Source: an uncultured Clostridia bacterium (GTDB lineage Bacteria > Bacillota > Clostridia > UBA1381). From it: a stretch of 64,000 bases of DNA. Position 1 is the stretch's first letter. The number at the start of each line of letters is the position of its first letter. Location of the stretch: positions 25,976 through 89,975 of the forward strand of contig CANRJY010000005.1 of the NCBI GenBank assembly GCA_947631085.1, given 5' to 3'. Made by a program: the position numbers and the translations under genes. Shown here piece after piece: positions 36,912 through 47,993 of the stretch. The notes below the pieces were generated by a model. The model saw nothing but the letters and a program-made list of their open reading frames with translations. It made no database searches and had not been told where the DNA came from.

Positions 36912-37741
36912 AGATTATAGAAACAAGAAATCTCTGCTACAGCTACGACGACGGCAAAAGGGCGCTCGACAACGTCAGCGTTTCGTTCGAGAGCGGCAAA
37001 ATAACGGCTGTGCTCGGCGCGAACGGCGCGGGGAAATCGACGCTGTTTCTGAATTTGAACGGCATTTTAACGCCATCGTCGGGCGAGATTTATTTTAAGG
37101 GACAGCGCGTGAAGCATGATAAAAAATCAATACGCGAAATGCGCAAAAACGTCGGGATAGTATTTCAGGATCCCGACGACCAGCTTTTTTCCGCGTCGGT
37201 CGAAAAGGATATTTCGTTCGGCGCGGTGAATTTGGGTTTGAGCGAGGACGAGGTGAGAAGGCGCGTCAATGAAGCTATGGAAAAAACGGGCGTGACGGAG
37301 CTTAAGGAAAAGCCCGTCCACGCGTTGAGCTTCGGGCAGAAAAAGCGCGTTGCGATCGCGGGGGTGCTCGTTATGGAGCCTGAAATAATAATCCTCGACG
37401 AGCCGACGGCGGGGCTCGACCCGCGCGGCGTGAGCGAGCTGATGCATCTGCTGGAAACGCTTTGCTCCCTCGGCTCGACGATAGTAATGGCGACGCACGA
37501 CATTGACACGGCGGCGGTGTATATGGACTACGCATATGTGCTCGACGGCGGAAAAATAATCGCGGAAGGGACAAGAAGTGAAATTTTTTCAAATCCCGAA
37601 ATGCTGAGGAGCCACAATCTGCGTCTGCCGAGGATAGCGCATTTATTGGAGGTTTTAAACAAATCGGACGGAATTGACGCGGATTTTTCGAAGGCTACGG
37701 TTTCGGAGGCGCGGAGGGAATTGTTACATCTTATCAAATAA
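36908..37741 (+). CDS. cbiO: cobalt ECF transporter ATPase CbiO
   Basis: Walker [20 protein letters not shown] and LDEPTAGLD motifs. ATG 36908 overlaps the cbiQ TGA. Confidence 0.9.
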   Translation: MKIIETRNLCYSYDDGKRALDNVSVSFESGKITAVLGANGAGKSTLFLNLNGILTPSSGEIYFKGQRVKHDKKSIREMRKNVGIVFQDPDDQLFSASVEKDISFGAVNLGLSEDEVRRRVNEAMEKTGVTELKEKPVHALSFGQKKRVAIAGVLVMEPEIIILDEPTAGLDPRGVSELMHLLETLCSLGSTIVMATHDIDTAAVYMDYAYVLDGGKIIAEGTRSEIFSNPEMLRSHNLRLPRIAHLLEVLNKSDGIDADFSKATVSEARRELLHLIK

Positions 37742-37766
37742 ATATACAGAACGGGGAGTATGGGTC

Positions 37767-39053
37767 ATGAACACACAAAAAAGTAAGTTCGCTTTTGAAG
37801 AGGCGAAAAAATATATCCCGGGCGGAGTAAACTCGCCGGTAAGGGCGTTTTCAAATGTCGGCGATCATCCGCTGTTTATCAGCCGCGCCGACGGCAGCCG
37901 TATTTTTGATATAGACGGGAATGAATATATAGATTATGTCGGCTCGTGGGGACCGATGCTCCTCGGACACGCGTATAAAAAGGTGGTCGAAGCGGTGAAG
38001 GCGGCGGCGGAGGGGTCGCCTTCCTTCGGCGCGCCGTGCTTGGACGAAACGCGCCTGGCAAAATGTATCTGCGATATTGTTGACGGAGTTGAGCTGGTGC
38101 GGATGGTAAACTCAGGTACCGAGGCGACCATGTCCGCGATACGTCTCGCGCGCGGCTTTACCGGACGCGATATAATAGTAAAATTCGAGGGCTGCTATCA
38201 CGGGCACAGCGACTCGCTCCTTATCAAAGCCGGAAGCGGCGCGCTGACTTTCGGGAGCGCGTCCTCGGCGGGAGTGGTCGCGGAGCTTGCCAAGTATACT
38301 TTGGTTCTGCCGTATAACGATATAGGAGCCTTGGAGGCGGCGTTCAGCCAAATGGGCGAAAAAATCGCGGGAGTAATAGTCGAGCCCGTCGCGGGCAATA
38401 TGGGAGTAATTCCTCCCGCCGACGGATTTTTGCGGACTATAGAGCGGCTCTGCCGCGAAAACGGAAGCGTGTTTATCGCCGACGAGGTCATGACCGGCTT
38501 TCGCGTTTCGCCGTCCGGTGCGGCGGGACTTTACGGAATAAAGCCGGATATTATCACATTCGGCAAGATAATAGGCGGCGGTCTGCCTGTGGGCGCTTAC
38601 GGCGGACGGCGCGATATCATGGAGTATATCTCGCCGACCGGCCCCGTATATCAGGCGGGTACGCTTTCGGGAAATCCTCTCGCGATGGCGGCGGGACTGG
38701 CGCAGCTTACGGAGCTGAAAGAAAACCCGCATATTTACGGAAAGCTGGAAGAGAGCGGCGCGTACCTCGAAAAGGGGCTTACGGAAGCGGCTGAAGCGGC
38801 TTGCGTCGATGTGAGGATAAACCGTGTGGGCTCGATGCTGAGCGTATTTTTTACGGATGTGGACGTTACTGATTTTAATACCGCCTGCCGCAGCGACGCC
38901 GAAAAATTCAAACGCTATTTCAACGCTATGCTGCGGCGCGGCATATATCTCGCTCCGTCGCAATTTGAATCGGTGTTTATCTCGGCGGCGCACACAAGAG
39001 AGGATTTGGATAAAACCATTAACGCCGCATACGAGTCCATGAGGGAAATATAA
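37767..39053 (+). CDS. hemL: glutamate-1-semialdehyde 2,1-aminomutase
   Basis: [26 protein letters not shown] and [10 protein letters not shown] motifs. ATG 37767 chosen over track start 37674. Confidence 0.95.
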   Translation: MNTQKSKFAFEEAKKYIPGGVNSPVRAFSNVGDHPLFISRADGSRIFDIDGNEYIDYVGSWGPMLLGHAYKKVVEAVKAAAEGSPSFGAPCLDETRLAKCICDIVDGVELVRMVNSGTEATMSAIRLARGFTGRDIIVKFEGCYHGHSDSLLIKAGSGALTFGSASSAGVVAELAKYTLVLPYNDIGALEAAFSQMGEKIAGVIVEPVAGNMGVIPPADGFLRTIERLCRENGSVFIADEVMTGFRVSPSGAAGLYGIKPDIITFGKIIGGGLPVGAYGGRRDIMEYISPTGPVYQAGTLSGNPLAMAAGLAQLTELKENPHIYGKLEESGAYLEKGLTEAAEAACVDVRINRVGSMLSVFFTDVDVTDFNTACRSDAEKFKRYFNAMLRRGIYLAPSQFESVFISAAHTREDLDKTINAAYESMREI

Positions 39054-39083
39054 TCTGAAATATTTGGAAGGGCTGAAACGCAT

Positions 39084-39794
39084 ATGAGACTGATATTTAT
39101 AAGACACGGCGACCCCGATTACGAGCATGACTCGCTCACCGAACGCGGTTGGAAAGAGGCGGAGGCGCTTTCAAAGCGCGTGGCGAGATGGGAGGTTGAC
39201 GATTTTTACTGCTCGCCGCTCGGACGCGCTCGCCATACGGCTCAGGTTTCGCTCGATTTGATCGGGCGCACCGCGCAGACAAAGGATTGGCTGCGGGAGT
39301 TCAAAGCCGATATCCTCGACCCCGTAACGGGACAGAAGCGCATCCCGTGGGACTTGCTGCCCGCGTACTGGACGGTGAAGCCGGAGCTTTACGATAAAGA
39401 CGCGTGGTACAAAAGCGACGTTATGCTTACGGGTAATGTCGAGGCGGAATACAAGCGCGTGTGCGGAGGACTTGACGAAATTTTAGCGGAGCACGGATAT
39501 GTACGGGACGGGGGCTTTTACAGGACAAACCCGGGAAACGATAAAACGCTCGTATTTTTCTGTCATCTCGGTGTGGAGTTTGTAATGCTTTCGCATCTGT
39601 TCGGACTTTCCGCTCCGACGGTATGGCAAAATTTCTTTGTCGCGCCGTCGTCGGTGACGGTGGTATGCACAGAGGAGCGCGTTAAAGGCGAGGCGTATTT
39701 CAGATGCAAAAAGCTCGGAGACACGTCGCATTTGTATGCGGCGGGGCTGGAGCCGTCGGATTCGGGCTATTATCCGTGGTATGAGGGCAGATAG
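39084..39794 (+). CDS. histidine phosphatase family protein
   Basis: RLIFIRHGDP catalytic RHG motif and an FCHLG motif. Confidence 0.75.
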   Translation: MRLIFIRHGDPDYEHDSLTERGWKEAEALSKRVARWEVDDFYCSPLGRARHTAQVSLDLIGRTAQTKDWLREFKADILDPVTGQKRIPWDLLPAYWTVKPELYDKDAWYKSDVMLTGNVEAEYKRVCGGLDEILAEHGYVRDGGFYRTNPGNDKTLVFFCHLGVEFVMLSHLFGLSAPTVWQNFFVAPSSVTVVCTEERVKGEAYFRCKKLGDTSHLYAAGLEPSDSGYYPWYEGR

Positions 39795-39857
39795 CGGACT
39801 TATGTTAAGATTATTATTCATTTTTGTAAACAAACTGTTAATTTACCGCTTATCAGG

Positions 39858-39887
39858 TTGACAATAATCGTTTCGCAGTGGTAGAAT
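39858..39887 (+). promoter_or_regulatory. promoter of the ABC efflux operon
   Basis: TTGACA, 18 nt, TAGAAT, with TGn upstream. Confidence 0.45.
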
Positions 39888-39972
39888 AATAAAGGATAAT
39901 AATATTCATTCAGCGTACAATGGGGCGGCGCTCTATGGACTTGTCCGTATTTTTATTTTCAGGAGGAAAAAG

Positions 39973-42135
39973 ATGGACTCTGCAAACGCCGATGAAATAA
40001 TCACAACTGAGCAGGAGGAAAATGCTCCCGCGACGGATTTGGAAACAGCAGCCGAGGAAGAAACAGCGGCTCCGTCATTTTCGGACGATGTCAATGAGGA
40101 CGAGGACTACTACGAAGCGAAAATAAGGAAAAAAAGAAAAAGAAAGAAAATTATAACCGTTGCCATTCTTTCGGCAGCGGTACTTTTGGTGGGAGGACTT
40201 ATTGTAAAGGGCCTTTTGAGCGGCGGCGAAGAGGAAGAGGAAATGTATATAGACGTCGCCGCGGAACGGCGCACGATCATGAATACGATAACCGGCTCAT
40301 CCTATATCGAGCCGAATGACTCCTACAACGTAAACTCCATGCATTCGGGAGACATAACCGCGGACTATGTGAGCGAGGGCGCGACTGTAAAAAAGGGAGA
40401 TAAGCTCTATCAGTTTGACGACGAGGACGCCCGCAGCCAGCTCACAAACGCGCAGAACAGCCTGACAAAGGCGCAGCAGCAATACGAGGACGCGGTAAAA
40501 ACAAAATCACAGACAATTTCATCGAACAACGCGCAGACCCAAAGCGCAAGAAACGCCGTTGAAAAGGCGCTGACGTCTCTCAATGACGCCCGTGACGCGC
40601 TTAACGACAGGAACGTGATATCCGAAGCGGACGGAAAGGTGAGCGAGGTGTTTGTCAAAAACGGCGACACGCTTCAAAACGGAGCGAAAATTATAGATAT
40701 ATACGACGATTCCGTAATGAAGCTGCGCCTTCCGTTTAACGAGATCGACGCGGAAAATCTGTACACCGGAGCTGCGGCGGAGGTTTCTATCGCCGGCACA
40801 AACGATACCGCGTGGGGCACCGTAACGGAAATAGCGGCGGCGTCAACGGCGACAGAGACGCACTCAATAGTGGTGTACGCGACCATCGAGCTTTCAAATC
40901 CGGGCGCGCTCACTCCGGCAGATACCGGAAGCGCGGTAGTAAACGGCGCCGCGTGCGCGGACACGGCAAATTTTGAATATAAGAACACAAGCACTGTAAC
41001 CGCCTCGGCCGCGGGAACTCTGCAGGATTTTAATATAGAGATCGGAGACTGGGTTTACGACGGAGAACAGATTGCGTATGTGGATTCCGACCAGCTCCAA
41101 AGCAGCTACGATAATGCGCAGCTTTCATATGACGACGCGCTCTTATCGCTTGAAAGACAGATTTTAAACAACGATACATATTCGCAGGATTCTGCAATCA
41201 AAAACGCGCAGCTTTCGCTTGACGACGCGAGAGTGCAGCTTAAAAACGCGCAGGATACCGTTGACGATTTTGTTGTCGAAGCTCCGATCGACGGCACCGT
41301 CGTGACGAAAAACGCCAAAGCGGGCGACACGATTGACTCGTCAAACGGTTCATCGGAGCCGTTATGCGTAATTTATGATTTATCCAGCGTCAAGTTCAGT
41401 CTCGATGTTGACGAAACGGAAGTGGCGCTCGTGCATAAGGGTCAGAAGGTAACCGTCACCGCCGACGCGGTTGAAGGCGAGTACGAGGGCGAGGTAATCA
41501 AGGTGCCGGTAGACGGCGTGAACCAAAACGGCGTAACGACCTATACGATAGACGTGGAAATAAAGGAATACGGCGACCTGCTCCCCGGAATGAACGTTGA
41601 CGCCGAAATTGTTGTTCAGGAAGCGGATAACGTCGTCACCATACCCGTAAACAGCGTAAACCGCGGAGACGTCGTATTTGTAAAGGATGACGGTATGCCG
41701 CATGAAAACGACATAACAGCGCTGCTCCCGAAGGAAGAGGACGAATCAAAAAAGAAGAAGAATAAGAAAGAGGACGGGGACGATCAGGCGGAAGGCACGG
41801 CTGCTCCGTCAGGTATGCCTCACGGCGCGGTCCCCGCGGGCGGCGCACCCGAGAGCGGTATACCCGATAATATTCCCAAAAATATAGAGGTTCCCGAGGG
41901 CTATCTCGCAATTTCGGTTGAAACAGGAATTAACGATTCCGATTATATTGAAATCAAATCGGGCATTAAAGAGGGCGACATGATAAGAACGCTCAACACA
42001 ATCGTTTCAAGCGAGGGCGCGCTCGATGACGATATGAGCGAAGCTATGGGCAGCGCCATGGGCGGCGGTCCCGGCGGCATGGGAGGAAATCCCGGCGGCG
42101 GCCGGGGCGGCGGTCCGGGCGGCGGTCCGAGATAA
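39973..42135 (+). CDS. HlyD/MacA-like periplasmic adaptor subunit, unusually long (720 aa)
   Basis: Acidic N-terminus, a KKRKRKK stop-transfer sequence plus TM, a lipoyl-like motif (VKKGDKLYQFDD), coiled-coil repeats, beta-barrel segments, and a K/E-rich then G/P-rich tail. Confidence 0.75.
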   Translation: MDSANADEIITTEQEENAPATDLETAAEEETAAPSFSDDVNEDEDYYEAKIRKKRKRKKIITVAILSAAVLLVGGLIVKGLLSGGEEEEEMYIDVAAERRTIMNTITGSSYIEPNDSYNVNSMHSGDITADYVSEGATVKKGDKLYQFDDEDARSQLTNAQNSLTKAQQQYEDAVKTKSQTISSNNAQTQSARNAVEKALTSLNDARDALNDRNVISEADGKVSEVFVKNGDTLQNGAKIIDIYDDSVMKLRLPFNEIDAENLYTGAAAEVSIAGTNDTAWGTVTEIAAASTATETHSIVVYATIELSNPGALTPADTGSAVVNGAACADTANFEYKNTSTVTASAAGTLQDFNIEIGDWVYDGEQIAYVDSDQLQSSYDNAQLSYDDALLSLERQILNNDTYSQDSAIKNAQLSLDDARVQLKNAQDTVDDFVVEAPIDGTVVTKNAKAGDTIDSSNGSSEPLCVIYDLSSVKFSLDVDETEVALVHKGQKVTVTADAVEGEYEGEVIKVPVDGVNQNGVTTYTIDVEIKEYGDLLPGMNVDAEIVVQEADNVVTIPVNSVNRGDVVFVKDDGMPHENDITALLPKEEDESKKKKNKKEDGDDQAEGTAAPSGMPHGAVPAGGAPESGIPDNIPKNIEVPEGYLAISVETGINDSDYIEIKSGIKEGDMIRTLNTIVSSEGALDDDMSEAMGSAMGGGPGGMGGNPGGGRGGGPGGGPR

Positions 42136-42151
42136 GGCGGAGGTGATTTGA

Positions 42152-42913
42152 ATGCCGCCGTTGGTGGAATTGATTGACGTATATAAAATATACAGAATGG
42201 GAAACAATTCCGTTCATGCGCTGGACGGAATCTCTCTTACTATAGAAAAAGGCGAGTTTGTCGCGATAGTGGGTCAGTCAGGCTCGGGAAAGTCTACCTG
42301 TATGAACATTATAGGCTGTCTTGATGTGGCGACAAAAGGCATATACAAACTGAACGGCAGAAAAATCGGCAACTATTCGCAGGATGAGCTTGCGGATATA
42401 CGCAATAAAATGCTCGGTTTTATATTTCAGCAGTATAATCTTATACCCAAGCTGACAGTTCTCGAAAACGTGCAGCTTCCGCTGCTGTACGCGGGAATGA
42501 GGGAATCGGAGCAGCGGCGGCGGGCGATGGCCTCGCTCGAGCGCGTTGGGCTGCAGTCAAAGGCGGACAATTACCCGTCGCAGCTTTCGGGCGGTCAGCA
42601 GCAGAGGGTGTCTATAGCACGCGCTCTTGCGGGAAATCCGTCGGTAATACTCGCCGACGAGCCTACCGGCGCGCTTGATTCGCGCACGGGCAGAGAGGTA
42701 ATGATGTTTTTGCAGCAGCTCAACCGCGAGGGAAACACGATTATCCTTGTAACCCACGATAACTCAATAGCCGCGAGGGCGAAGCGCATAGTCCGAATAA
42801 CGGACGGACGCATTGTTTACGACGGACCTGTTGAAGGAGACATAACGGTCATGCAGATGCACGGCGCCGGCGAGGAAGCCCCCGAGGACGAGAAAGCGAG
42901 GGGTGCGACATGA
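42152..42913 (+). CDS. ABC transporter ATP-binding protein (MacB/LolD type)
   Basis: GQSGSGKST, LSGGQQQRVSIARAL and ILADEPTGALD motifs. Confidence 0.9.
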   Translation: MPPLVELIDVYKIYRMGNNSVHALDGISLTIEKGEFVAIVGQSGSGKSTCMNIIGCLDVATKGIYKLNGRKIGNYSQDELADIRNKMLGFIFQQYNLIPKLTVLENVQLPLLYAGMRESEQRRRAMASLERVGLQSKADNYPSQLSGGQQQRVSIARALAGNPSVILADEPTGALDSRTGREVMMFLQQLNREGNTIILVTHDNSIAARAKRIVRITDGRIVYDGPVEGDITVMQMHGAGEEAPEDEKARGAT

Positions 42914-44082
42914 TGCTTTGGCGATGCTTCAAAATGGCGGTGCAGAGCGTTATCAACAATAAAATGCGCTCCGTGCTCACGATGCTCGGCATTATAATAG
43001 GCATAACGGCGGTCATATCGCTTGTAAGCCTTATGTCTGGACTAACCTCGGAGGTCACGGATGCGTTTGAGGACGTCGGTATTGAGGCGATCTCGATTAG
43101 TATTACGGATAGGGCGAGCACCGTCGAGCTGGCCGTTGACGATTTGGACGCGCTCTCTCAGGAGTACCCCGATATTATAAGGGGATATTCTCCGCGCGTA
43201 TCAATGCCGGCGTATATCAAAAAAGGAAACGACTCGATAAATTCATCCGCTACCGGAGTCAACGAGCAGTATATAGATTTATGTGAGTATAAGGTCGAAT
43301 ACGGCAGAGGCATAACATATATAGACGTCGAACGTATGCAGAAGGTATGCGTTATAGGCACATATATCGCGAATGAAATATTCGGCGGCGACGCGCTCGG
43401 AAAAACACTGCAGATTACCGGCACTCCGTATCGTGTGGTGGGTATTTTGGAGGAGCGCGCGGAATCGGAAAAGGATTCGGACGACGACTGCATATATGTA
43501 CCATACACGGTCGCGGCGCACGCAACGCATACGAGCAAGGTAAACGCCTATACTCTCTACGCGACCAATCAGGAGACCGTAGAAATGGCGGAAACGCTTG
43601 TTGAAAATCTTTGCGAGGAAAAAATAGGCGATGAGGATTACTACACCGTTATCGCGCTGAAGGCAATAGCCGATTCGCTCATGAGTATTCTTGACAGCAT
43701 GGAAGCTATGCTTGTCGCTATAGCGGCAATTTCGCTTGTGGTCGCGGGAATAGGAATTATGAATATAATGCTTGTTTCGGTGACGGAAAGAACGCGCGAG
43801 ATAGGAATAAGAAAATCACTCGGCGCCAAGCAGCGCAATATCCTTACGCAGTTTGTTATGGAGGCGGGAATGCTCAGCTGCATAGGCGGCGTGATAGGAA
43901 TCATATTCGGTTCGTCGCTCGCGATAGGCGCGGGCAAGCTGCTTGAGATCAATGTTTATCCGACATTAAATTCTATAATAATATCGTTCACCGTATCGGC
44001 TGCGATAGGCGTATTTTTCGGATATATGCCGGCGAGAAAAGCCGCGAGGCTGAACCCGATCGACGCGCTCAGATACGACTAA
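42910..44082 (+). CDS. ABC transporter permease (MacB-like, FtsX domain)
   Basis: N-terminal TM, a large extracytoplasmic domain, and C-terminal FtsX TMs with the ERTREIGIRKSLGA motif. Confidence 0.85.
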   Translation: MMLWRCFKMAVQSVINNKMRSVLTMLGIIIGITAVISLVSLMSGLTSEVTDAFEDVGIEAISISITDRASTVELAVDDLDALSQEYPDIIRGYSPRVSMPAYIKKGNDSINSSATGVNEQYIDLCEYKVEYGRGITYIDVERMQKVCVIGTYIANEIFGGDALGKTLQITGTPYRVVGILEERAESEKDSDDDCIYVPYTVAAHATHTSKVNAYTLYATNQETVEMAETLVENLCEEKIGDEDYYTVIALKAIADSLMSILDSMEAMLVAIAAISLVVAGIGIMNIMLVSVTERTREIGIRKSLGAKQRNILTQFVMEAGMLSCIGGVIGIIFGSSLAIGAGKLLEINVYPTLNSIIISFTVSAAIGVFFGYMPARKAARLNPIDALRYD

Positions 44083-44096
44083 ACGGAGGTCCTATT

Positions 44097-46550
44097 ATGA
44101 AAAAGATAATATCAATTTTATTGGCAGCCGCGCTGTTTGCGCCCGCCGCCGCTTCGGCGGCGTGGGATGTTGAAAGCGGCGTCGTGCCGCTTTTGGCCGA
44201 GCTTAAACTGATGCAGGGCGATACGGACGGCAATCTGCGTCTCGACGATTACATCTCGCGCGCGGAATGTGCGAAAATAGCCGTTGCGTCATCGCAGTAT
44301 AAGAACACTGTGGCGTCGGGAATGAAAATTTCACCGTTCCGCGACGTGCCGTATACTCACTGGGCGGCTCCGTATGTGCAGGCGGCTGTTTCGGCGGGCA
44401 TTGTTTCCGGCTATATGGACGCGACCTTCCGCCCCGACAACACTGTAAATTATGAGGAAGCCATTACAATGATGCTGACGGTCCTCGGCTACTCGAAAGA
44501 TGATTTCGGCGTGTCATGGCCTTACGGGCAGATAGGACTGGCGGAAAATTTGGAGCTTACGAAAAACGTAAACGCAGCTCAGGGCGATCCGCTCACGCGC
44601 CGTCAGGTCGCGGCGCTGGTGTATAACGCGCTTAACACAAACATGAAGGACACTCAAAACAAGCTTATAAGCGTTTTGGACTGTCAAATAATCGAGGATG
44701 TGACGATAATCGCATCCGGCAGCGAGGATCCGTCATTGGGCAGCGGCAAGATCCGCACCACGAGCGGCACGTTTGACATATCCGGCGCGTTTGACGCGGA
44801 CTACGTCGGCAGACGCGGCGATATGGCTGTGAAAAACGGCAAGGATTTTATTTCCTTTGTCCCGTCCGATCAGACCACTTACGATTACAGCGTAACTGAC
44901 GTGATAGGCTCGGATTTGGTCCTCGACGGGAATATACTCGATATCGGAGCGGCGACCCCAGTTTATTACAAGGCTCAGACCATAACCTACGCCGACGCGG
45001 CAAGAACCGCCTCGAAGGGCGACAGGCTGAGGATAATTACGGATATGAACGGCGGTATAGACTGCGCCGTGCTGACTGACGGCGGCGGAACGCCTGCGAT
45101 ATCGGTAAATATGCTTGACAAATACGTTATATATTCGCTGCTGAGCGATAAGATAGTATGCTACAATAACGGCAGCTTTACGGAGCTTGATATAGACGAT
45201 AACACCGTCTGCTACAGGGGCAGCGCGCAGAGCACATACGGCGCCATGAAGCAGCAGATGGCGATGGGAGATATTCTTTACGTCAAGCGCGACGGCGGCG
45301 ATATAGATTATGTGAGCTGCGAAAAGGGCAGCATGACGGGCCCCGTAAAAGTCGTTTCCTCGGGCTGGCTCGGCGGTATGCAGACGAACGAATCGACCGC
45401 GTATATGCGCGACGGAAACCGCGTGAGCGCGGAGGATATAAAAATCAACGATATCGTTTACTACAGCGCCGATTTGAATATGGTTCTCGCCTATACCACA
45501 AAGGTGACCGGAATTTACGAAAACGCGTCTCCCTCAAAGGATTCGCCGTCGAGCGTGACGATTTCAGGAAAAACATATAACGTTGAGGGCGTGGAGGCGT
45601 TTAACGCGCTTTCGTCAAGCGGAAGTCTGCGCTACGGCGATACCGTCACAGTTCTGCTGGGAAGAACCGGAGATGTTGCCGGAGTTATGACCGAAAACGA
45701 TACGACCGTACAGTACGGCTATGTCGTTAGCACCGGCCGCAAGGACTTTACAAATCCCGACGGCACGCAGTATTCAAGCTATTATGTAAGAATGGCGGCG
45801 CCCGACGGCTCGGAGAACGAGTACACGACCAAAAATGACGGCTCGGAATATGTCGGCAGAGTTTGCTCCGTTTCGTTCGACGGCGGCAGCGCTCAGATAT
45901 CGCTGCTGAGAGGGCAGTATAGCGTGTCGGGACGCGTAAACGGCAGCGCTATGACCGTCGGAAACGTCAGCCTTGCGGAGAACGTGCGCATTTTGGACAC
46001 TGTAAGGTCGCCGCTGTTTAATACGGCTCTGTATAAGCGTATTTTTCCGCAGCGTCTTGACGGAATGACATTGAACAGCAGTAATGTTATATACTGCAGC
46101 AAAAACAGCGCAGGTGAAATAACGGATATGATCCTGGAAAATGTTACCGGCGACGCGTACAGCTACGCTCTCGCCCTGTCGAGAACGAAGATAAACAATG
46201 AAACCTACATGTACACGATGGACGTTGACGGCACGCAGTATACCTATACGGGCAATTCCGCTTCCCCGTCCGAAATCCCGTACAGAGTAGTTATAGAAAA
46301 CGGAACGATCCGCGATATGGGTCAGCTGAGACAATACAGCGGAACCTCAACGCGCCTGAGCGCGACGAGCGTTTCAATAGGCGGCAGCACCTACCTTTTG
46401 AGCGATAAGGTCGTAGTCTACAAAAAGAACGGTACGGCATACATGAAAATCCCGCTGACCGAGGCGGTAAATAACGGCTATACCGTAACCGCGTACTACG
46501 ATAAGCTTGAAAGTCTCGGCGGCAGAGTGCGGGTTTTGATGGTAAAATAA
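44097..46550 (+). CDS. S-layer homology (SLH) domain cell-wall protein, 817 aa
   Basis: Signal peptide, then three SLH-like segments (ISRAECAKIAV; FRDVP..HWAAPYV..A...GIVSGY; TRRQVAALVYNAL), then a long beta-rich domain. Confidence 0.8.
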   Translation: MKKIISILLAAALFAPAAASAAWDVESGVVPLLAELKLMQGDTDGNLRLDDYISRAECAKIAVASSQYKNTVASGMKISPFRDVPYTHWAAPYVQAAVSAGIVSGYMDATFRPDNTVNYEEAITMMLTVLGYSKDDFGVSWPYGQIGLAENLELTKNVNAAQGDPLTRRQVAALVYNALNTNMKDTQNKLISVLDCQIIEDVTIIASGSEDPSLGSGKIRTTSGTFDISGAFDADYVGRRGDMAVKNGKDFISFVPSDQTTYDYSVTDVIGSDLVLDGNILDIGAATPVYYKAQTITYADAARTASKGDRLRIITDMNGGIDCAVLTDGGGTPAISVNMLDKYVIYSLLSDKIVCYNNGSFTELDIDDNTVCYRGSAQSTYGAMKQQMAMGDILYVKRDGGDIDYVSCEKGSMTGPVKVVSSGWLGGMQTNESTAYMRDGNRVSAEDIKINDIVYYSADLNMVLAYTTKVTGIYENASPSKDSPSSVTISGKTYNVEGVEAFNALSSSGSLRYGDTVTVLLGRTGDVAGVMTENDTTVQYGYVVSTGRKDFTNPDGTQYSSYYVRMAAPDGSENEYTTKNDGSEYVGRVCSVSFDGGSAQISLLRGQYSVSGRVNGSAMTVGNVSLAENVRILDTVRSPLFNTALYKRIFPQRLDGMTLNSSNVIYCSKNSAGEITDMILENVTGDAYSYALALSRTKINNETYMYTMDVDGTQYTYTGNSASPSEIPYRVVIENGTIRDMGQLRQYSGTSTRLSATSVSIGGSTYLLSDKVVVYKKNGTAYMKIPLTEAVNNGYTVTAYYDKLESLGGRVRVLMVK

Positions 46551-46583
46551 AAAGGCTTTGCAGCCCTTCATAAAAATGATAAT

Positions 46584-46623
46584 ACAGCCGCGGCATCGGT
46601 TTTGCCGCGGCTGTGTTTCTTTT
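46584..46623. terminator. bidirectional terminator between the SLH gene and the histidine kinase
   Basis: ACAGCCGCGGC-ATCGGTTTT-GCCGCGGCTGT with T-rich flanks. Confidence 0.75.
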
Positions 46624-47989
46624 AATGCTGTTTTGATGTTTTCGGCATTGAAAACGTAAAAACGCTGCCTTTTCCGAGCTCGCTTTTTACCGTTATCGTT
46701 CCGCCGTGACATTCCGCTATCCATTTTACCATTGAAAGTCCCAAGCCCATGCTGTTGTTCGCATCGGTCGTCCTGGAGCTGTCCACCTGATAAAAACGAT
46801 CCCATATTTTCGGCAGATTTTCCTCGGCTATGCCTATGCCGTTGTCCTCGACCGAAAACGTGACGGTACCGTTTTCTTCGGCGAGCGTCACGGATATTTT
46901 ATCTCCGCCGCCGATATACTGGTACGCGTTTGAAATAAGATTTATAAACAGGCGCGTTATAAGAAGCCGGTCGGCGTCGGCGGTCACATTTGGCTGAATG
47001 TTTCTTAAAAGCGGCGCGGGCTTGTCGTGTATCTCCTCCTGCTCGTCGCATACGAAGGACAGGAGCTCGCTCAAATCAACGTCTTCGAAATTTGTTTGTA
47101 TCGTGTTTTTGTCCATTCTGGAAATTGTGAGAAGCTCGGATATCAGCTTTGACATCCTGCCCGCCTGCCGCTTGACCGAATCCATTGACTCCTTGTAGTC
47201 CCCTATCGTTTCCGCGCATTCCTCGGCGTATTCACATTCCGACAGTATGACCGATACGGGCGTTCTCAGCTCGTGCGAGGCGTCCGATGTAAACTGCTTT
47301 TCCTGATTAAAGCTTCTTTCAAGCTTACCCAGCATTTCATCAAAGGTGTTCGCGAGCGCGTATATCTCATCCTTGCCGTTTCCTATGCCGATCCTGCGGG
47401 ACAGATCCCCGCTTTCGCTTATTTCCTCCGCTGTTTTGCGTATTGCCTCCACCGGAATAAACGCGCGGCTGATAATGATATATCCGCCTGCCGCCGCGAT
47501 AAGGATAAGTATAACGGACAAAATAATATTATTGCGCGCCGCCGCGCCGACGGCGTCAAGCTCGTCGGAGATCGACACTATGCCCTTGATCCAAAACAGC
47601 TCTCCGTTCGGAACGTGAATTTCTCTGTCGTACTCGTAATAGCGGCTGCCGCCGTACTCGGTTGTGCGCAGGCTGTCGTTCGAAAATTCAAATTCGTCGG
47701 AAATCCCGAACGGAACCATTCCGTTTATAAGGTTTTTGTCCCTGTCGTATATCATCATATACACGCCCTGATTATACAGCTCAAAATCGCGTATGGGACG
47801 AACCCTTTCTCCGAAGCCGGCAAACCGCCTTGATATCTCTTCCACCGCCTGAGTTACCTTGCGTTCCGTATTGTTTTCTATCATGTTACGGCTGAAGGAA
47901 TCCATCGCAAAAAGCACCGCGGCGGAAATTATAATCATAACGACAGTGTACCATATGGTAACACGAAGCTTTATAGACAGTCTTTTCAC
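46622..47989 (-). CDS. sensor histidine kinase (two TM, HAMP, HisKA, HATPase)
   Basis: H-box SHELRTP, N-box NAYQY, and G-boxes DNGIGI / GLGLS. Confidence 0.9.
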   Translation of the reverse strand: MKRLSIKLRVTIWYTVVMIIISAAVLFAMDSFSRNMIENNTERKVTQAVEEISRRFAGFGERVRPIRDFELYNQGVYMMIYDRDKNLINGMVPFGISDEFEFSNDSLRTTEYGGSRYYEYDREIHVPNGELFWIKGIVSISDELDAVGAAARNNIILSVILILIAAAGGYIIISRAFIPVEAIRKTAEEISESGDLSRRIGIGNGKDEIYALANTFDEMLGKLERSFNQEKQFTSDASHELRTPVSVILSECEYAEECAETIGDYKESMDSVKRQAGRMSKLISELLTISRMDKNTIQTNFEDVDLSELLSFVCDEQEEIHDKPAPLLRNIQPNVTADADRLLITRLFINLISNAYQYIGGGDKISVTLAEENGTVTFSVEDNGIGIAEENLPKIWDRFYQVDSSRTTDANNSMGLGLSMVKWIAECHGGTITVKSELGKGSVFTFSMPKTSKQH

Positions 47990-47993
47990 GAAA

